Source: Octopus vulgaris
Lineage: Eukaryota
Assembly: GCA_951406725.2 (NCBI GenBank)
Contig: OX597831.1
Coordinates: forward strand, 42,656,001 to 42,720,000
Reading direction: 5' to 3'
DNA: 64,000 bases
Position numbers and translations under genes: made by a program. Under the pieces are notes generated by a model. The model was not told the DNA's origin, did not search any database, and saw nothing but the letters and a program-made list of their open reading frames with translations. This document shows positions 1 through 13,799 of the stretch, one piece after another; the stretch's first letter is position 1, and each line of letters begins with the position of its first letter.

Positions 1-86
1 TGCATTAAGTATACCTTCTACTTAATGCTTTCTGTTTTTCCTGTTGTTTTTTGCAGGTATTTATATGTAAATAAGTTAAAATCCGG

Positions 87-370
87 GACTTATCTGATTT
101 CCAAAGCGGACAAACTGATGGGGCGTGGATGCCTGGCACATCACTCATTAAAACTGCACAATTGTTTAATATTGTGAGATGCACATTCTCTAAAATCATG
201 TTGGCATTCCAAGACCAAGGTAAAACCACCTCTGTCAAGTTTAATTTTGAACGGAAGTTCACCGAGAGAGGCCAAGAAGTATAGTCTCTCAAAACCATCG
301 AACTACGGCAGCAAAAGTTACAGAAGAGCTAAACCACCACCTTGCTAACCCTAAAACCGTTTGTCAAACT
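87..370 (+). mobile_element. Tc1-like transposase N-terminal remnant (degenerate)
   Basis: Manual translation gives DLSDFQSGQTDGAWMPGTSLIKTAQLFNIVRCTFSKIMLAFQDQGKTTSVKFNFERK and then HRTTAAKVTEELNHHLANP. This matches the Tc1 paired-like HTH pattern (DLSDFxRGQIVGAR...KTA...SRxTVSKV...GRK; HRTTAAKVTAELN). There is no start codon and the frame is disrupted. Confidence 0.7.
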
Positions 371-1959
371 TCTACTGCCACCATTTCAATATTGATAAGT
401 AGGAAGAAATGGTGTCAAGACTATCAGAAGTGGTCAATGGCTATCTATATTGTTATGAATTTTCCGTGAGCTTGCTCCCTCAATTTCAACACATATGTAA
501 CTTTGTGAAGACTTTTAAAATGGCTGGACGATTTAGCGTCTTCTATTTTATATGATATATATATAATCATTTATGCATGGTACTTAATGTAAATGGCTCA
601 CACTATGCAATTTCCCTACAGTATTCGTCCGTAAATAATTCCTCTCTTCAACGTGCTATGTTTAAAGGCAATATATATATTGGAGTGAGATGAAAACCGA
701 CCCAGTAGTGGTACCTACAGCCAACGTGCTTAGATAAAGTCTGTCACCACTGATATATAGGAAAACAGTGAACAGACAATCACTGGTGTTGCTTAATAGG
801 CAAACAACTTAATAGAAATCCATGATGAAGCAGTATTAAATACAAATAATACAGAAGTAGTATTAAATTAAAATAGCAGAGAACGGATTTTTATTCCAAC
901 AGGCGGCTATTTGCAGCATGAGTAATCGTTGAGAAGAAAAAAAAAAGAAAAGAAGATACAACAGACTGAAGTAATTCCTTTTTAGATTAATATATCTCTC
1001 CCCCATCACATTTTCCCAGATGAGTTTCCATTATTACAAAGAAAAAAGATTATGTATATCGTACTTTAATTGCTGTTTGAACCAACTTTAAACTTATCAA
1101 AGAATAACCCCACCGACATATTTCTGAAGCTGTCATTTTCCCTGCTTCGTTCCTGTTAATTTTATAATTTCGAATTCGTTAAATTCAATTTATTACAAAG
1201 CAGAATTGCTTCTTAATAAGTAATATGCTTGGTTAATTGTTCTTTTAATACCTTATTATATAAATCATCCAGTGCTGTTTTAAAGCATTTGTATCTTTTC
1301 TACTGCAATCAGTAAATGCTTGAAGACGGGTTTTGGTTTTTTCCACAGGGAAACTCACTCTGATCAACTATCTGACAGCTCTCGTTCCTCACAGTGCCCA
1401 TATCACTCTATGTAACTCATTTACCGTGATCACTCACAAGAAAGATTTGATTTGAAAGGCGGTTATTGGCTTAGGAAGGTAAAGCTAGTAAGACACAGAG
1501 TACCATAGAAAACCGGAATACGTAATTTTGACTTTTCAAATATACAACAAATAATTTTAAGTCAAAAGTGTGAACAAGCTGAGATAAAAATCACCGCAAC
1601 AAGTAAATGCTTGATGTGAATTAGGGAGAAAAAGAAGTGATGTAAAAGAATCAGAAGCAAGGCTCCACGTAGAAAGAATAACCACAAAACAAAATGAAGC
1701 ACAGGAAGAAATAAAATAAGGCAACGTTCGAAATAGAATAAAGACGAATAACTAAAATATTCCTGACTGAAAATGCACAAGAATCACTAAACGAATGTTA
1801 AGTGTTGGAGATTAAATCTAGAGTGTTTATTGTCCCCAAAGTTGAAGAAAAAAAAACCATCACACAAGACACGCAAATGAAATTATTCAAAATAGAAGAA
1901 AAGAAAGAGTTGACAGTAATAAAGTGTACAACAATACTTTTACAGAAGAAAATTTACTG

Positions 1960-2560
1960 TGTCGTTAATGTGGTCCCATGCATATTGCTTGTTAATTTTA
2001 TAGTCACATATGTTTCTTATCGCAGTTTTCTTGAGATGATAAATTCAATAACAACTGTCACAAAACTAAACCAGATTGCCTAACAAAAGAGAAACACCAT
2101 CATATCTTCGCAATATAATGAGAAACCAGAGGAATAACAATTACAAATACTTGAAAGAACAACATAAGAACGTATTATATCGCATCATTGAACATTCTCT
2201 TCTGCATTGCTAGAAGCTTAGATATAACTGATTCTCCGGGTTTTGGTCCGTATTGTTTTCGCTTTGTTGGCCAAATCGATCATCGCACGAGAAATATGCA
2301 TGCCATTGGAAGAGAACTTGATAGATTGCCCAGTTCTTTGTAGTTGATTTGAAAAAGGCTACTGCTATTAAATTTCAGATTAATGTGAGATAGATTTTTC
2401 AAATTAACAAACGATATGCATACATTCGTATATGAAATGTTAGAATTTGGAAGTGAAGAGACTCAATTGGCAACATAATATTTGAACACCAGTAGTCAAC
2501 ATAAGCATTTAGAACAGATCGAAACACTAACCGAATTTATTGTTATCTTCTCAGCTGAGA
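1960..2560 (+). mobile_element. Helitron RepHel N-terminal remnant
   Basis: Around 2236-2289 the sequence translates to PGFGPYCFRFVGQIDHRT, resembling the Helitron N-terminal motif GxGPYCFRIHGQIYHR. An upstream CGPMHIAC fragment fits too. Many stops are present and the boundaries are approximate. Confidence 0.55.
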
Positions 2561-2831
2561 ATGAAACTGCAATGATTTTTTGAATAATCACAATAAAACC
2601 CTTGTAAACATATCTTCAGTATTCATGCTCGAATCAAGAAACTCAGCTCATCAGATTAAACAGATGGATCATCAATCACAACCCAATCACATACATATCA
2701 TTTTATTTCAATGGAGAACCAGAATGACAACAAAGCTCGAATAGTAATCCTAACCTGATTAATAGCGTAAATGCACCAGTATTTGTACGCTGCAAAACAT
2801 GATTACCTAAACAGCAATAAAAGAAGAATAA

Positions 2832-3218
2832 AATCCTTTCTACTCTAGGCACAAGGCCCGAAATTTTGGAGGAAGGGGATTAAGTCGATTAGATTGACCC
2901 CAGTACGAGACTGGTACTTAACTTTTCGACCCCGAAAGGATGAAAGGCAAAGTCAACCTCGGCGGAATTTGAACTCAGAACGTTAAGACAGACGAAATAC
3001 CTATTTCTTTACTACCCACAAGGGGCTAAACACAGAGAGGACAAACAAGGACAGAACGGATTAAATTGATTATATAGACCCCAGTGCGTAACTGGTACTT
3101 ATTTAATCGACCCCGAAAGGAAGAAAGGCAAAGTCGACCTCGGCGGAATTTGAACTCAGAACGTAGCGGCAGACGAAATACAGGTAAGCATTTCACCCGG
3201 CGTGCTAACGCCGCCTTC
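2832..3218 (-). mobile_element. SINE family B, two tandem partial copies
   Basis: Reverse complement of the recurrent core GTTCTGAGTTCAAATTCCGCCGAGGTCGACTTTGCCTTTCATCCTTTCGGGGTCGAT, which occurs more than 15 times in the window. Confidence 0.85.
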
Positions 3219-3790
3219 AAAAAAGAATATAATACGCAATGTATGGTGAAAAATTATTTTAGTAATGGCGATGCTTTCATCTTCTGATTGAGGCAAATAA
3301 TTAGAACCATATAAGAAATCATTGTTAAATAATGTGAAAGACTAACCTATCGTTGAGCTACAGTGATGCAGGGACTCATACAGTATGTATAGTTATGTTG
3401 CTTCAACATTTTAAGGATCAGCATAAAAGATAATGGAACGCTGACCTAATGTTATTGCTATGGTACAACAATTTGTGATTACAAATTTATTTATTACTTC
3501 ACATGCATTCCTTCCTGGAATCACCTCGGGCAAGTGTCATCTATAATAATCTCAGGTCGACAAAAGCCTTGTGAGTGGATTTGACTAACGAAAACTGAAA
3601 GAAACCCGTCTAATTGAGACACGCTTGCTCTGTTTTCTTTATGGTTCTTTCTCCTCATCTATCTTTTCTGTAGACGCGCGTAGGCTCGAAATGTTAACAA
3701 CTTCTTCCAGTTTCCTGAGCCTCATTCTAATACACCTTGTTTTGTTAGTTTATTTTTTAATTCGTCTTTGTGTTTATTTCATTTTTGTAT

Positions 3791-3852
<62 letters not shown>

Positions 3853-3854
<2 letters not shown>

Positions 3855-4109
3855 CTTTTACTTGTTTCAGTCATTTGACTGCGGTCATGCACGGCCTTGA
3901 ATGATTTTTGTCGAATGAATGAATCGACCCCAGTACCTCTTTTTCTAAGCCTGGTACTTATTCTATCGGTCTCGTATTGCCGAACCGCTAAGTTGTGAGG
4001 ACGAAAGCACACCAACACCGGGTGTCAAGTGGTGGTAAGGAGAGACAAACAGAGACACAAGGACAAACACACTTATATAAATATATATAAATAAATATAT
4101 ATGTGTGTA

Positions 4110-4147
<38 letters not shown>

Positions 4148-4329
4148 TGTGCGTCTGTGTGTGTGTGAGGGGCTTCTTTCAGTTTTCGTCTCCTAAATCC
4201 ACTCACAAGGTTTTGGTAGTCCCGAGGCTATAGTAGAAGACATTTGCGCCAGATGTCACACAGTGGAACTGAACCCGGAACCATGTGGTTGGGAAGCAAG
4301 CTTCTTACCACATAGCCACGCCTGCGCCT

Positions 4330-4330
<1 letters not shown>
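3853..4330 (-). mobile_element. tRNA-derived SINE family A with internal (TG/TA)n
   Basis: On the minus strand: head GGCGTGGCTATGTGGTAAGAAG (A box) ... GGTTCAGTTCC (B box), a central microsatellite, and a tail GCATGACCGCAGTCAAATGACTGAAACAAGTAAAAGA. Same layout as the copy at 59400. Confidence 0.85.
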
Positions 4331-4361
<31 letters not shown>

Positions 4362-4895
4362 ACACACACACTCAGATATGTTGGCTTATTTCAATCCCTG
4401 TAACTTAACGGTTTGTCAACAAGAGACCGACATACTAAGCTGAACGGTTATGTTCTGGGGTCGATTTGATCGACTAAACCCTTCAAGGCGGTGCCCCAGC
4501 ATGACTGCAGTGCAATGACTGGAACAAGCAAACGATATAAGATAATATCTCGCCTTGAACAGCTTCCTTTAGACAAACCAAATAATATGGCAAGAATGTT
4601 TTCAGATAAACTTGACAAATTTATTGAACGATTTCCTAGAAAATAATATTTATAGAGCAGTTAAGGTATATTGTTGTTCTATCGAATTCTATAATCAGGT
4701 ATAAACATTATTCTCATATTCGAATCATCATGGATGGAGACAATAAATTTAATTACCTTGGAAAAAAAAATAAGACTAAGTCGTGTGCGCAGAAACCCTT
4801 AATCGATATACTGAGTCAACACTTTACGAAAACGTTACGAGATGCATGATTCGTGGTCCCTGTTGGAAATCATAATTCTTATTCACCATTCATGG

Positions 4896-4946
<51 letters not shown>

Positions 4947-4972
4947 GTAGTAATAATAATAATAATAATAAT

Positions 4973-5051
<79 letters not shown>

Positions 5052-5052
5052 G
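4896..5052. repeat. Compound (AAT)n/(AAC)n microsatellite
   Basis: Read directly from the sequence. Confidence 0.95.
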
Positions 5053-5590
5053 GTAGTAAAGGCATCCTTAAGAAATTGAAGAACTATCCTCCAGCAAATG
5101 TCGATGGTGGCTACGAGCAATAGGATAACAAATGAGACGAACAGATACCATTGTGCAAACTGACAACCATTCAGTTGACAGCAGATAAATGCATTCCTTA
5201 GAACAAACAACTCACCCTCAAGCTATAAATCTCTAAATAGGAGAACGATCTCTAGTTAAATCAGCCAGATAAAGCTACATTTGCGTACGTGTGTATGGGT
5301 GAACGTTCGAGTTCAGCCATGAGCTACTGTCTGTTGTACATTGCTTTGAGTTGAACCAGGAATCGGGCTAACTTGAAGCTATAGACAAGGGTCAAGGAAA
5401 ACGCAGGCAATCGATTGTCTTTACTGACTATTTTAAACGAAATTTATAAAATAAATAACTCTATACTTTAAAGCTTGTTTTATTTTGACAGGTACTACGA
5501 TACACAGAAACACAGACACGCACATACATGCATACATACACACACACATATACACACACACACTCACACGCGCACACACACACGCACGCA

Positions 5591-5643
<53 letters not shown>

Positions 5644-5658
5644 GCACACACACACATA

Positions 5659-6905
5659 CTGGGTACGGTGAATAAATTGTCGTCTATATTACGTAAAAAT
5701 GAAAATAACACTAATATCTCATTTTAGCAGATATATTTATCAAAATTGCAGAGAAATATCTTGAAATACTAAAGAGTAAATTTTATTCAATAAAATCGCC
5801 ATTGATTTCAACCGCGGCCTCCAGATGGCTTTGCAATCTCCTGCAACTCTTCTGGACGGTCTCCTTGTTTAAATTGGTGAATGCTGCCATAAGGTGTTAC
5901 AACTTGTTCTGTTGGTCTCTCACTCAACTGCGCCTCGCACATACTGATCAAGGGGGTTGGAGTCTGGGGAATTAGGTGGCCAGATGTTAGAGGTGATGCG
6001 GCCACAGAAATTGTCAGACGGCCATGACTGGGTTCTCCTTCTTGTGTGGCATGGTGCAGAGTCCTGTTGTCAGACAGTCTTCCAGCAGCCACCCTCTTGA
6101 CCGAGAGTAGTACTACCTCCTCCAGGCACATGATGTAGGCTTCCGTATTGAGTCTGAGGCCGTATGGAAAGATGAATGGAGGCATAACGTTGCCATCACT
6201 AGTGATCACTCCAAACACCAGGATGTTGACTGGATGTTTGATTTTTGTTTTGTTCCAACGACTGTTCTGTGTGATCGCCATCTGATCCTAGCAGAAATTT
6301 TTCTCGTTTGAGAAAAACCAAAGCATGTTCGGTTAAAGGCGATGTTTGAGTTTCAAAAGCTTTGTAGTTTGTCTTTCCCCTTGTCCTTGATGTCTTGGGA
6401 TAAAAAATTGGCCCTTTCTTATCTTGCATGAAGAATACCGAACGTCTTCATGCACTACCTGCCTGGTAATACACTTACACATTCCCATGTCTTTGGCGAT
6501 GGAGATGACTGAGCTGGAGGTATAGTTGTCAATCATGGCCTGGATCTCACCAACATATTCAGGAGTTGTTTTCTTATCAAAACGACCAGAGTGAGTTTTC
6601 TGCGCTACCGTACCTTTGAAATCACCATTAGACTCATCCAACTCTTGCCGAATTCTCTGCACTGTCCTCAGATTGACACTCAAACACTCTGAAGTGTTCG
6701 CATTGAAGCTTCTGGCACGAATGCTGAGTAGTAAAGCATGTCGTTTCCAAATTTCTGGCAGAGTGAATTGCGTCATGGAGCTCTTTTCCTCACAGCTTTT
6801 TGTCACAGTCGGTGCCCTACCATACTGTGTAGTCGACAAAATCAAAACAAACAATACGCATGCGCGAAATTAAAAATATAAAATGGCAAGAATTTACCCA
6901 TCGCA
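5659..6905 (-). mobile_element. Tc1/mariner-superfamily DNA transposon (DDxD, maT-like), near full length, frameshifted transposase
   Basis: TIR-like ends CTGGGTACGGTGAATAAATTGT and CAAGAATTTACCCATCGCA with TA flanks. ORF pieces 6333-6854 (HTH region, RTVQRIRQELDESNG) and 5808-6281 (KHPVNILVFGVITSDG). An adjacent frame gives WPPNSPDSNPLD at ~5945-5985, with Asp as the third catalytic residue. Confidence 0.85.
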
Positions 6906-6907
6906 TA

Positions 6908-6966
<59 letters not shown>

Positions 6967-7118
6967 ACGTGTGTGTGTCTGTGTTTGTTCTCCATCATTG
7001 CTTGACTACCGTTGCTGGAGCGTTTATGTTCCCTTGACTTAGCGGTTCGGCAAAGTAGACCGGTAGAATGAGCGCCAGACTTTAAAATAATAATTACTGG
7101 GGTCGATACGCATACAAA

Positions 7119-7181
<63 letters not shown>

Positions 7182-7301
7182 AACATTTCGTAAGAAACAT
7201 CAAAATCTGTTTCTAGACTTAATTAGGCAGTGAGGGAAAATAATGAATTGTTACTCAGCAACTAATATTTTGTTAACTATTCAGGCAGGTAAGGGAAACA
7301 A

Positions 7302-7345
7302 CTCCAGACACGTTTCAGTTTTTTCATTAGACCTCCTCAGCGAAG
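7302..7345 (-). ncRNA. Minimal type-I hammerhead ribozyme motif
   Basis: Minus strand reads CTTCG-CTGAGGA-GGT(CTAATGAAAAA)ACT-GAAAC-GT-GTC-TGGAG. The CUGANGA and GAAA cores are intact, the cleavage triplet is GUC, stem I has 5 bp with wobbles, and stem II is weak. Confidence 0.55.
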
Positions 7346-8334
7346 CATAGAGTCCATCAGTCTTTACAAAATAGAAATGAGGAACTCTCTGAGTAAGTGT
7401 GATAGGTACTGAGAAGTAACATATTTAGAGATGTATTTACTGAAATATGTTACCCACAATGAAAACGAAAGTGAAATTAATGTTAATATATTTGATTCAG
7501 GTCGTATTTTACAAGCTTAGTAGAAATAGTTATAGGCTAAGGAAAAACACCTTTAACTAAGGAGATAATAATATTATAATTTAACTATTACAAAGCTTTA
7601 CAGTAGGATAATTAATAATGTAAATGCACATTCTTTCTATACGATTGGTGTGCTGGAAAAAGGAGTTTCCTAATGGATCGTTTCGCGGCTCATTGATCAC
7701 TTCTCAGAAAAGACACAATCAGCTTTCTTCCTTAGTTAATAGTATATACCTGCTGCTATATACAGCAGTCAAATTAGGCAAGCTCCATGGTAGACAAACT
7801 AATTTGCGTATTCGTGCTTTTGACGGTTCATTATTAATCAAACAATATCTATTTTATGCGCAAAAGTAAGGAAATCAGAACTGAAATAAATTTCAGCATT
7901 ACAATACCTCAATGTGGGTAAAATAAAGATGTAAACAGAAACTTTCTCTGCCTTTGATGCCCGGCAAAAAGAGAGAAGGAGTCTCCTGACGGACCGTTTC
8001 ACTAATTTTTGACTACTTATTAGAGAAAACGTCCATCAATAGTAGAGAAAGAATGTGTTCGAATTCTTATCTTCCCTAGAGTCATACTTTGTAATGTCAA
8101 AATATATTTAAGTTTTTCATTCACCGAATTAATGCGCTATATATGCAAATAGGTCAAACTAATTTACTTAGATTCTTAGTAATACCGGGTTTATAAACCG
8201 TAACACCGTGAACATGAGATCCCCAGAGAAGACTGAAGCAAGTCTAGGTGATCCCTTTTTTTTACTCCCCACGGAAACATGGCATATAAAGACAAGATGT
8301 TTACATCTGTCTATAGACAAAATGTTGGCTAAAA

Positions 8335-8430
<96 letters not shown>

Positions 8431-8592
8431 GTCTGTCTGCTTATCAATATAACTATCTGTATGTCTATTTGTCTGTTTGTCTACATACACACACGCACAC
8501 ATACATTTATATTTACACACTCACACACGCACACACGCACACATACACAAACACACACACACACATATATATATACACATTTATATATACAT

Positions 8593-8629
<37 letters not shown>

Positions 8630-10589
8630 TATGTATAAACATGCATACATATATTCACACATTGTGAATACATCGCAGTAAAATATATTTTATCTGTTTA
8701 TCACAAATATTGAAGCTTTGGGTTGCAAAAATAGTAAACATAGAAATAGAAGCAGACACTTCACTATTTTTTTCCTGCTGGTGACATTAATAAGTGTAAG
8801 CTCGAGCGATTTTGAGATATTTTCGCATTGTTTTGTCACACTTTATCATTGCTTTGATGAAATATGAAAAGAACGGTAGACTTAGCACGGAAGGTAAGCT
8901 ACGAGACTAGATATTTTGAGATAATTTGTTTGATGTGTTATGTGTTCCAGTTCAATCACCTTCAAAATCGATTTTATCGTTCATTTATTCAGGGTCAATG
9001 AAATATATTTCGGTTTACAGGCGTAGGTATGGATGTGTGGCTGTGTGGTTAAGAAGTTCGCTTTGCAGCCACCTGGTTTCGGGTTATTTCCCATCGCGCG
9101 GTGGCACCTTACCTAGTGACTTCTACTATAGCCTTGATCTGACCAATGCCTTGTGAGTAAATGAGGTAGAGGGAAACTGTGTAGAATCCCATCATGAATA
9201 CATTCTTTTATTCTTGAACTTGTTTCAGTCATTTGACCGCGGCCATACTGGAGCACGGCCGTGAAGGGTTTTAGTCGAAGAAATCGGCCTCAGGACTTAT
9301 GTACTTATTCTATCGTTTTTGAATGCTAATTCAATAAGCCTCCGATTCCGCCCGATAATTACATTAAGGGTACCTGTGTTTGTGGTTTACTTAGCCACTG
9401 GGAAGCTGATTCAATGAGCCTGTGATTCTGCCCGAGGATACACATATCTGAAGTTAACTAAACCTCTTAAATGCTAAATCAGTGAGTCTGTAACGGCGAT
9501 TCGAAACTGAATCCCTGGATACGCGATCAAACATCGCGGGAAAACCACCATAGTTTCACACGATATGTCTATTATCCGACCAAGCGATGTCACGGACAGG
9601 GTCTTCTGGAACATTCTAGAATTTGGTTTCCGGTCCCCTATAAAAACCGTTCGACGCGCATTTTAACAGCCAGGCGATCCAGGAAGAAGATCAAGACAGA
9701 CAGCTCAGACAAATGACCAAGAAACTTCGTTGTCACGAAGGTGGCGCAGCTGATAGCAAATATGTTGGGTAAACCGCATGTTGTCATACCAATAGCTTTC
9801 TATTGAATAATTTTCAGAGCAGTATCTCTCTCCCTGTCTAATTTTTGCTGTTATAAACTGCAAACGACCAACGCAGTTTGTCTTTATGAGCGACAACAAA
9901 TTCGTCTGTTAAGTGTTCGCGAGTGTTGCTCTGTTACCACCTCACGCAGCCACGAAACATTTTCATTCATTAATTCAACTATAAGCAGCATCGACAAAAT
10001 AGCTTAAAATTAGTCGTGACAAGTTGGTTAAATACCTGAATACTAAGAATTAGAAATTCTGACCGAGCCCCATTTAAGTTGATACAGTTAAACGTTTGGA
10101 TTAAAGAGAACCCTAGTTATAAATTTTATGATCTTCTCAGAGTTTAATAATTTGCTGTTTCCTTTCGTTAATCTTTAAATATTGTACATGTTATAGAACG
10201 TCTGTAACTAAACGTGGGATATCGTAGAACCAACAGTGATTAACGGAAATTTTATCAAAATAGAACGCCTGCACAGCACTTTAAAGTACCCCCAAATGAC
10301 AATCAGATTTAGTATTTTGTCTGGATGTGGTCTGAGTTTACGATTTTTCTTCTCTAGTTTCAGCTCAGAGCTGTGGCCATGTTGATGCACCGCCGTTTTG
10401 CTACACTGTTATTACTAAGAGCCTCCTCTAATATGTGGCACTTGGTGAAGCATCGAGTTTGATATAGCTACCCTCATTTGCACCTCTTTCCGTGAGGTAG
10501 GTTCATCTGGGACTCTCGACAGGAAGAGGTCCAGCTTTGATTTAAAAACCCTTACATCTACTTTGTGCAAGTTCCTCAGACTTTTTGGG

Positions 10590-11025
10590 AGAATATTAAA
10601 AAGCTGTGGGCCCTTAACCAGTTGAGCATGTCCCTTAGTGGCTGACGATATATGAATTTCTGATCACGAGCAGAAGTAATGGGGGATCATCATAGCCATG
10701 TGTTGAAAGGAATTCTTTGGGGTTTGGATAATTCGCCTTTGGTTACATGGGTGTTTCCTTCAACATCCTTAAACAACCGTTATTTAAGGACCTTTTGAGC
10801 GGGATGAGCTATTCGACCTGAAGAAAATTCTGAGCCCCACCTGCAAGGTCATGCGCTGTTTATCTTGATCTGAGATCACCATGTCGTGCACATATGGTTG
10901 TGATGCATGTACCTGATGTACCCTATCAGATGGGTAGTCATGATGGGTATAATGGGCTTCGTATATTTTACCCCAGTGTCACTTTGATGGCATGTGCTGC
11001 TCTCTCACTCAATAATAATAATAAT
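10590..11025 (+). mobile_element. Non-LTR-like repeat 3' end with (AAT)n tail
   Basis: About 400 bp that is the reverse complement of 48282-48690. It ends CTCTCTCACTC-AATAATAATAAT. Confidence 0.75.
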
Positions 11026-11509
11026 ATAGAGCTAATAAGACCGAAACATGTCCGTTATTAACACCAGTTGACTTTAAAGACCAAATGCACTCTAGTTTGC
11101 ATTGTTGTAATTTACCGAAAATTCTGATGGGCTGTTATCATTGGAATTACCTTTCTTGGTTGGCGCCTTTAGAGTTGAAATACTATACAGGAAGTTTTTA
11201 TCTAATAATTGCACGGATAATTTCATTTAGTTCATTTCTGAGACCGTATCGTTTGCATAGCGTCATTGTGTAGTCTTTGACTTTTTTCCCATGATTTACG
11301 TGTGTCATCGTGTTAGCATTATTATTCTCAGACAAAATCCATTGATCTGGCGCCCATAGCAATTAAACCAAGTTCTATATAAATTTATCTCATAACACCT
11401 GTAGAAAAAAAACCCTCATTTTATCTAAAAAAAAACCCAACTAAATAAATAAAATATTTTACTGCGCTTTACTGCGTGGATATTATCTTCACCATATATA
11501 TATCTATAT

Positions 11510-11990
11510 AGAACATGAGGGCTTAGTTCAAATCATTTAGAATATTTAGAGTAAGGCGAATTTGAAGTAATTAATTATTAATTAATTAATCAATTATTGG
11601 AATGTCTTAGTGCTGTTTCTTGGATATCCCAAGTATTAGGTCAGCATCTCCATACACTGGGAATTCCGTTATCAGAGACAAGGTGAGTACCTATGAAAGT
11701 TCTAGACAGAGAATTCACAGTTTATAAAGGAATAAAAGAGTCGACAGAAGAAGGAAGGGTAAAACAATAGATATAAAGTTCACGTCTGTCGATTCCCTGT
11801 CTAGAACATTCGTACATACTTTCCTTGTCTCTGATGACAGGATACTCAATGTATGGAGTTGCTAACCTCTCACTTGGTATATCCCAGAAACCGCTTTAAG
11901 ACATTAATTAATTAGCTAATTAATTGATTACTTCAAATTCACCTTACTCTAATTAAATATTCTAAATGACTTGAGATATTCGCCCTGCCT
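11510..11990. mobile_element. Fold-back element with ~200-bp imperfect inverted arms, each carrying a degenerate hammerhead (Penelope-like terminal repeat derivative)
   Basis: 11520-11715 is inverted relative to 11790-11985. The right arm reads TGTCT-CTGATGA-CAGGATAC...GTATATCCCA-GAAAC-CGCT-TTA-AGACA. The left arm (minus strand) has CTGATAA...GAAAC-AGCA-CTA-AGACA. Confidence 0.7.
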
Positions 11991-12048
11991 TGGTTTTTAT
12001 TCTCGTTTTTCCTCTTATATATATGTGTGTGTGTGTGTGTATGTGTGT

Positions 12049-12089
<41 letters not shown>

Positions 12090-12093
<4 letters not shown>

Positions 12094-12420
12094 CGCGTGG
12101 CTTAGTGGTTAGGGCATTCGGCTAACGATCGTAAGGTTGTGAGTTCAATTCCCGACGACGCGTTGAGTCCTTGATTTCACGTTGCTCCAGTCCTTTATTT
12201 CACGTTGCTCCAGTCTACTAAGCTGGCAAAAATTAGTAGTACCTGTATTTCAAAGGGCCAGCCTTGTCACACTCTGTGTCATGTTCACTCTCCCTGAGAA
12301 CTACGTTAAGGGTACACGTGTCTGTGGAGTGCTCAGCCACTTGTACGTTAATTTCACGAGCAAGCTGTTCCGTTGATCGGATCAGCTGGGACCCTGTCGT
12401 CGTAACCGACGGCGTGCTCC
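12090..12420 (+). mobile_element. tRNA-derived SINE (third family)
   Basis: GCGCGTGGCTTAGTGGTTAGGGCATTCGGC...GTGAGTTCAATTCCC supplies A and B boxes. The body motif TTTCACGTTGCTCCAGT is shared with 14145-14470. Confidence 0.75.
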
Positions 12421-12461
<41 letters not shown>

Positions 12462-12530
12462 TGTAAGCACATAAATATGAAACAGGTTGGGAAAATAGTA
12501 CTCGAATACCGGAGGTAGAGTAATATGCTT

Positions 12531-12655
12531 TATTAATAAAGCTGCAAAGATATCACTAAAACTATTACTCAGAGTTTCACATTCCCGTTCGTCCGACGAA
12601 CGGAACGTGAAATACTGAGTAACAGCTTTTGTGATGTCTTTGCAGTTTTATTAAT
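12531..12655. repeat. ~60-bp arm palindrome with hammerhead-like core (CCGACGA...GAAA)
   Basis: Arms ATTAATAAAGCTGCAAAGATATCAC...GTTCGTC and GACGAAC...GTGATGTCTTTGCAGTTTTATTAAT are inverted. Confidence 0.7.
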
Positions 12656-13799
12656 CCGGCCAGCCGTGATCTTTCTTTCTTGGCCTGACTGCCGACCGCC
12701 AACACCTCTTATGTCCATCTCCTATGTTCCTGCCTTTAGGCTTCCACTTCATACACGCCAGCTCAATTTGATTCGTTCTCAGTCGAAAGACACCTGTTGT
12801 TATTTCTTGTTTGTTTTTGTAATTGTGTACCATGTTCTCCGTTTTTTTGTTTGTTTGTTTTTCATTTTTTGTCTTTGTTGCCGTACACATTCGCTAGATT
12901 TCTTACAAAGGGGTCTAGTGCTCTTAGCTTAGACTTTTTTGGGGGCAACCAGATCGAACCCTCTCAAGAGTAACAGCCCGAAATGATCGTGACTTCTGGT
13001 ACTTGACTGAGGAAAGAAAGCCACGAATGATTCGTCTTTTTTGCCTGTCTTCCTAATTGTTGTCTTTCTTGTCCGCCTTTGTATCGTCTATCTGTCCGAA
13101 TGGTTTAATGCATTATATATATATATGTATATATATATATATGCCTATTAGAGTTGCATAACCATTGAGCTAGAATTTCACATAATACATGGTACTGTAA
13201 AACAGATGCCTAGGAAGGAAGTTTGTATTATTATAGCGATATAGTGAAATAGCGAAATTTCATGTTACAGGTTTGCTGGGTATAATGGTCACAGAGTAAG
13301 GATACTAAGAATATTATTTGAAATTATTTACTTATAAACGTCTTTACACGTGTTTCTGTGACGGTTACAAAATGGTTACATAAGACTAACCTTACGCAAT
13401 CTTTTATGACGAGACAGCTTATCAAAAGCTGTGGGTGTTTTAGATTTGTGATGTATTTTAGATTTGGGATGTGATTTTCTCCCAGACACTGAAAAACTAG
13501 ATAAGCACACATTAATCGGCCAACAAATAATCAGCGGTTATTTGCAGACTGAAAGCGTGGATGGCGAAGTTAGTAGGGGAGTGCACAACCGAACGAGTGG
13601 TGAGTGATGTATATCCTCTCACTGGTATTGTCTTATGTTCGTAGTTCGGATAATTGACTCTTAGATGTCCATCTTGATGCATGTATGCATTGTAAAGTAT
13701 AAACGGCTGATCGTTATATACTCCATCAACTCTGTGAAATTGATTAGTTTTTCGTGAACTTGACAGATGTTTTAAAATCTTCCTGCGAATAAAAGCATC

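Noticed and set aside
9489-10195. Possible solo LTR (TGTAAC...GTTATA with an internal TATAAAA)
   Set aside because: No target-site duplication, imperfect termini and no second copy.
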